A stretch of DNA of 64,000 nt from Octopus vulgaris (lineage: Eukaryota). Within the stretch, counting starts at the first letter, position 1, and each line of letters opens with the position of its first letter. The stretch spans positions 114,886,001 through 114,950,000 of the forward strand of contig OX597818.1 in the NCBI GenBank assembly GCA_951406725.2, given 5' to 3'. The notes beneath the pieces were generated by a model. The model was given only the letters and a program-made list of their open reading frames with translations. It searched no databases and was not told where the DNA came from. Positions 58,138-64,000 of this stretch are shown here, one piece after another. Made by a program: the position numbers and the translations under genes.

Positions 58138-58533
58138 ATTAGAGACATAACCACTATTAGGCAAATCAAACAATGAAGAACTTAAGCCAATACATATGAT
58201 TAAGTTATATTATTTTAATATGTAACAAAATTATTAAAAAAACAAAAGAATTTCTTTGACACGCCTACACACTCATACAACAATATATATATATATATTG
58301 TCATATATACTCTTACTTCTTTCAGTTATTTGACTGTGGCGATGCTGGAGCACCGCCTTTAGTCGAGAAAATCGATCCCAGGACTTATTCTTTGTAAGCC
58401 TAGGACTTATTTTATCGGTCTCTTTTGCCGAACCGCTAAGTTACTGTGATGTAAACACACCAGCATCGGTTGTCAAGCTTAAGTTTTTCATTGTTTGATT
58501 TGCCTAATAGTGGTTTTGTCTCTAATTTAATAT
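58131..58533. repeat. 57-bp inverted repeats bracketing the duplicated segment
   Basis: 58131-58187 is the reverse complement of about 58477-58533 with few mismatches. Confidence 0.85.
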
Positions 58534-58631
58534 AATTTAATATAATATAATATTTTACTATAAAATTGGATTCAATCCTAAATCTGATTTTTCCCTGTAA
58601 GTTTGGATTTATTCCCTAATATTTATTATTA

Positions 58632-58731
<100 letters not shown>

Positions 58732-59574
58732 ATATATATATATATATGGCAAGCTGGTTTTGCATAATTTCCTTCTCTGAAAATATTCTTAAATGACAGT
58801 GGATAGCAGATTATGCTACTGACTAGGATCGAACTGGGAACGTGTCCTTGTGGAGTCAATTTCTAAACTACAGGGAGATTCATGCTCTCTTAATGCCATG
58901 TTTGTCTTGATATGGATCGATGCAACACGTTGTGTCCTACTTTATACATTTCATCTTATATAAACATTGTATATCCATCCACCTATCCTGTTTGTTTCAA
59001 ATAATCTATAATATCTGTAAAGCTACATTTCCAGTTTGAAATTACACATAAGATTGGTTTATGAGGCTCTCTTAGCTAAACAAAAGTTCGATTTCTTTTT
59101 TAGTAATATGAAAGTATACACCATTTTATGCATGTTTCTATAATAGATAAAGCATGGGCGATTAAAGTGGACATTATATTGATTTCAAGTTTTCGCACAA
59201 GGCCAGCAATTGCAAGGAGATGTTGGTTAGAGGAACTCCAATGCTCAGTTGGTACTTATGTCATCGACAGAATTAAAGGCAAAGTCGACCCCGGCGGAAT
59301 TTGAACTCGGAACATAAAGACCGACGGAATGCCGCTAAGCAGATTAGTTAGCATTTTCCCCCGGCATACAAACGTATTCTGCCCTAAATTTCAGACGTGC
59401 GGCAATGAAGTACCAAGTACTTACGTGTCAACGCCTTGAGAAATGAATAATGAATTTCATTTTGGATGTTTTGTAGTCCAACATTAAATATTATGGTTCA
59501 GAATATAATTCAATAAATCCCTTTACAAGTTTGTTGTGCTCCTTTAAACGTTTCCAGCATGTTTAGGATGGCCT

Positions 59575-59920
59575 TACTCTTTACTCTTTTACTTGTTTCA
59601 GTCATTTGACTGTGGCCATGCTGGAGCACCGCCTTTAGTTGAGCAAATCGACCCCAGGACTTATTCTTTGTAAGCCTAGTACTTATTCTATCGGTCTCTT
59701 TTTGCCGAACCGCTACGTTACGGAGACATAAACACACAAGCATCGGTTGTCAAGCAATGTTGGTTGACAAACGCAGACACACAAACACACACACGCATAT
59801 ATATGCATATATACGACCGGCTTCTTTCAGTTTCCGTTTACCAAATCCACTCATAAGGCTTTGGTCGGCCCGAGGCTATAGTTGAAGACATTTGCCCAAG
59901 ATGCCACGCAGTGGGACTGA
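59575..59920 (-). mobile_element. SINE family A, head truncated
   Basis: Near-consensus tail and middle. Confidence 0.9.
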
Positions 59921-59941
59921 CCAAGTGGACGGCCATCATCA

Positions 59942-59995
<54 letters not shown>

Positions 59996-60899
59996 CGCGC
60001 GCGCGTATCTAAATTATAGAAGTATATTTATGTATAATAAGGTACTTATAAGTACGTGCTTGCTTTGCTAAAGATAAGACTCAAAAAACTCCCAAGCCAC
60101 AGAAGAATCATTAAATTGATACAGGCATGATAGGAAAAGAAATAAGTGAATTAGAATTGTGCCTTACCTCCGCAAAGGTTGCAGGAGGAATGTCAGTTAA
60201 TCTGATATCATGACTTTGGATTTAGCGCCTAAGGCACTCGATTCTCTTCGGCCAGATTTACCAGTAGCATATTATATATGTGTATTTCTATATTTTATAT
60301 ACATTTATTAATTTTGCCTGTACGGCTTTTATGCTTGCGGTCACTAACGTTGTTCGTTTTATGAATAATAATGTTCTTTTATTCATATATATGTGTGTGG
60401 AGGAGGTATTTGTGTGTGCCAGTGTGTGTGTATGTATATATATATACATATGTGTGTGTGTGTGTGTATGTGTGTGTAAATACACACATACATAAGCAGA
60501 CATACACACATGCGCGCGAGTGCACGTCAGGCCGGTTAAAAGTGTTATTTATGACTTGTAAGCAAGAATTAAATCTAGTTCTCTAGCTTCAGGCATACGG
60601 AATGCGTAATTTAAGTAAGAGCAGTTATTATTCTCTGGCCCCTACATGGACGCGTCCCCTGCTGAGAGTTGTTATGGTTACAGTAATTGGTCAGCAACAG
60701 ACGAACATCATTACATTAAACATCTTTTTCTTTCTACTTTTCTATCTCTTTTTTTCTTTATTTTATTTCATTATTTATTCTTTTGTTGCTCGTAGGTCAT
60801 CGCCAAATTTTATTGACGAATAATCATCATAGCACACACGAATTCAAACATACATGCATGTATATACACACGTATATACACAAAATATATGCACACATG

Positions 60900-61510
60900 C
60901 GATTGGGGTGCTGAAACGTCCCTGGCGTTAGGGATATCGCGAAAGGCCCGGCTGGAGGTCCAACCTTCCGTTTACTTTAACAGAACTTAGAAATATTGAA
61001 GGACCGCCGTAATAAGCGTGTGAATCTGAGAGGGGAATATCTTTATATATAAAAGAGTAGTTGTGTGTCTGTCTCCTACGATTTAGATTCCTAATTACTC
61101 CCACATTTTGCGGTGCAGTTTAACCAAAAGCGGGTATCTTATAGTCGTGATTCATATCGAGCCCTTCTGGGTATTAGCGCGCGTCTACGATGAATCTACG
61201 ATTTAAAAAAAAATTTACCATCATTTTTTTCCATTTTCATGCATATTTTTTTAAAGGGAAGTAACTCTCTAAAAATGTCTACGATGAGTCAACGATTTTT
61301 AAAAAAATTTACCATAATTTTTTTTCCATTTTTAATGCATTTTTTTGTTATTTTTTGGCTATAACTCTCTAAAAATGCTTATATAGTTATTTCCCTTACA
61401 AACCCGAGCAACGCCGGGCGATACTGCTAGTGTTTAATAAAATCATGATTAACTGGTACTGCTGTATTTTCTTTTACCTAAAGCCAGGAACTTTTCAGCA
61501 CGCCCTCGTA
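60900..61510 (+). mobile_element. mariner-derived MITE interrupted by a Helitron
   Basis: Left TIR GGGGTGCTGAAACGTCCCTGGCGTT versus right AAAGCCAGGAACTTTTCAGCACGCCCTCG-TA. Internal GTGAATCTGAGAGGGGAATA|TGTT encodes VNLRGEYV, like a mariner transposase C-terminus. Confidence 0.7.
61040..61430 (+). mobile_element. non-autonomous Helitron (391 bp)
   Basis: 5' TCTTTATATATAAAAG, 3' hairpin CCCGAGCAACGCCGGG then CTAG; inserted between A and T without TSD; internal tandem duplication. Confidence 0.85.
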
Positions 61511-61771
61511 TATACACACATCTATGGGAGATCTGCTGTCTGGTGGGTGTAAATATCTTGTTTAAAATTGAGGAAAAGAACGTCGCTGATGCACTAAAAA
61601 ACAGCATTCGTATTCAGGCTATACCGTAATCCCTAGCCACGACGCGGTTCACCCATCGCGGTTCACCCATCGCGATTTATTATTTAAGCTTCTGTCAATT
61701 ATTCCGTGGTGTTGTTTTGCATTTATAATAAAATAAATATATAAAATTATGAAAATAGTTTTTTAAAGTAT

Positions 61772-62170
61772 TAGGAGTGGCTGTGTGGTAAGTAGCTTGC
61801 TTACCAACCACATAGTTCCGGGTTCATTCCCACTGCGTGGCACCTTGGTCAAGTGTCTTCTACTCTAGCTTCGGGCCGACCAAAGCCTTGAGTGGATTTG
61901 GTAGACGGAAACTGAAAGAAGCCCGTCGTATATATGTATCTGTATATGTATGTGAGTGTATATGTTTGTGTGTCTTTCTTTGTCCTCCAACATCGCTTGA
62001 CGACTGATGGTGGTGTATTTACATCCCCGTCACTTAGCTGTTCGGCAAAGGAAACCGATAGAATAAGTACTAGGCTTCCAAAGAATAAGTCCTGAGGGTC
62101 GATTTGCTCGACTAAAGGCGGTGCTCCAGCATGGCTGCAGTCATCTAATGACTGGAAGAAATAAAAGATA
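61772..62170 (+). mobile_element. SINE family A, full length
   Basis: AGGAGTGGCTGTGTGGTAAGTAGC head to the tail. Confidence 0.9.
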
Positions 62171-62574
62171 ATATACATACATACATGCATACATACATAT
62201 ATATGTGTGTGTGTGTGTGTATGAAAGAAAAAAGATGTTCAGATGTATATATATATACACAGAGAAAGAAGGAGGTAATTAGACGGATTGTTCGTTTTGT
62301 GAGTTTGTGAAGAGGGTGTTGTGTGTGAGTCTGACTGTGTGCAATTGTTACAGATGACGCTCTAGCTATGATAACTTTATTCATTAAGACACTATTCACG
62401 GAATAATCATTTTGGCAACACTGCTCTGGCTGTGACGCAAAGGCTTTACAATAGCCAAAGACTTTGCTGCTGAACGTTTGAGACTTACGGATAAATATAT
62501 TTTGTAAAAACGATTATTTAGCGTTGAAATGTATTTCTTTTGTTAAACGGAACTTAATACTAAATCTCGTATAC

Positions 62575-62662
62575 CATACATACATAGGGCGTACGTACGT
62601 ACATACATACATACATACATACATACATACATACATGCATGCATGCATGCATACATACATTC

Positions 62663-62695
<33 letters not shown>

Positions 62696-62770
62696 TATAC
62701 ATACACACATACACACATACATACATACATACATACATACCCCCCACACACACATACATACATACATACA

Positions 62771-62804
<34 letters not shown>

Positions 62805-63155
62805 CACACACATACATACATACACACATACATACATACAAGCATACATACATACATACATACACACATACATACATACATACATACATACATACATACA
62901 CACACATATACATACACACATACACACATACATACATACATACATACATACATACATACATACCCCCACACACACATACATACATACATACATACATACA
63001 AGCATACATACATACATACATACACACATACATACATACAAGCATACATACATACATACATACACACATACATACATACAAACATACATACATACATACA
63101 TACATACACACATACATACATACATACATACATATATACATACATACATACATAT
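62575..63155. repeat. (CATA)n/(CA)n microsatellite
   Basis: Directly visible; another tract at 63672-63845. Confidence 0.95.
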
Positions 63156-63159
63156 ATCA

Positions 63160-63310
63160 TTCTTTCTCCGTTTATTTTCTCTTATTCCTTGCTGTCGAAG
63201 AGCGTAGGCTCGAAACGTAAAATACTTTTTCATTTTTCCAAAGCGTCAAACTAATACATTTGCTTGTTGTTCATACACAGAGTTCGTTTTTTGTTATTCT
63301 ATAAATTTCA
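63160..63310 (+). mobile_element. family H1 repeat (hammerhead core A6 mutated)
   Basis: CTGTCGA-a-GAGC-GTAG-GCTC-GAAA-CG-TA at 63192-63219. Confidence 0.7.
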
Positions 63311-63326
63311 ACTCGATACATACATA

Positions 63327-63672
63327 ATGTTAACATATAGCTGAAGATCAGTAAAAAAGAGAACCTCCTATGCTGAACTATTGAGAAATCTACAATTACT
63401 CCATCCAGATTACAAGTTCAGGTTTATACCTGTAATTATTGGGGCTGTGGGATATGTAACACACTGCCTAAATATCAATCTTGAGAATTTAGGCTTCTCA
63501 AAACTAGAAAGGAGAAAGCTAATTCGAAGACTGCAGATCCAATCCATCACTGGAACTGTAAAAGTCAGTAAAACTTTCCAGAAGTTTACCATTTAAATAT
63601 ATATGAGTATGTCTAGATATGTAACTATAAGCATGAGAAGACATACATAAAACAAAGCATACAAATCTGCAG
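63327..63672 (+). mobile_element. RLE-type (R4/Dong-like) non-LTR retrotransposon 3' fragment
   Basis: YAELLRNLQLLHPDYKFRFIPVIIGAVG..LQIQSITGTVKVSKTF resembles an RLE C-terminus; flanked by (CATA)n. Confidence 0.65.
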
Positions 63673-63849
63673 ACATACATACTTACATGCATACATACAT
63701 ACATACATACATACATACATACATACATACATACATACGTACATACATACATACATACATACATACATACATACATAAATACATACATACATACATACAT
63801 ACATACATACATACATACATACATACATACATACATACATACATACGTC

Positions 63850-64000
63850 ATGGCCAGCTGGTAGAAACGTTAGGACGCCGGGCGAGATGCTTTGCAGTAT
63901 TTCGTCTGTCTTCATGTTCTGAGTTCAAATCACACCAAGGTCGGCTTTGCCTTTCATCCTTTCGGGGTCGATAAATTAAGCACTAGTTACATACTGGGAT
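63850..64000 (+). mobile_element. SINE family B, runs off the window
   Basis: Head and core CTTTGCCTTTCATCCTTTCGGGGTCGATAAATTAAG. Confidence 0.85.

Overview
AT-rich, repeat-saturated metazoan DNA. The SINE families and microsatellite load suggest an octopus/cephalopod genome (inference from recalled repeats, not a search). No intact host gene is visible, and nearly all listed ORFs are translations of microsatellites or SINEs. Contents: two abundant tRNA-headed SINE families, one forming head-to-tail multimers; fragments of Penelope-like (GIY-YIG), R4/Dong-like (RLE), L1/Tx1-like and RTE-like retrotransposons; Helitron, Helentron-like and mariner derivatives; and a 100-N gap. Main finding: at least seven sequence-distinct short elements carry type I hammerhead ribozyme motifs, mostly ending at (TA)n tracts. 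Two are 1.2-mer units with terminal redundancy (429 bp and about 519 bp monomers; retrozyme-like). Several are head-to-head inverted. The Penelope GIY-YIG palindrome carries a hammerhead-like motif with a compensatory U3-A8 core. About 43.1-51.9 kb is a deletion-riddled mirror image of 51.95-64 kb and is most likely a long-read fold-back artefact. All motifs and alignments were read by eye.
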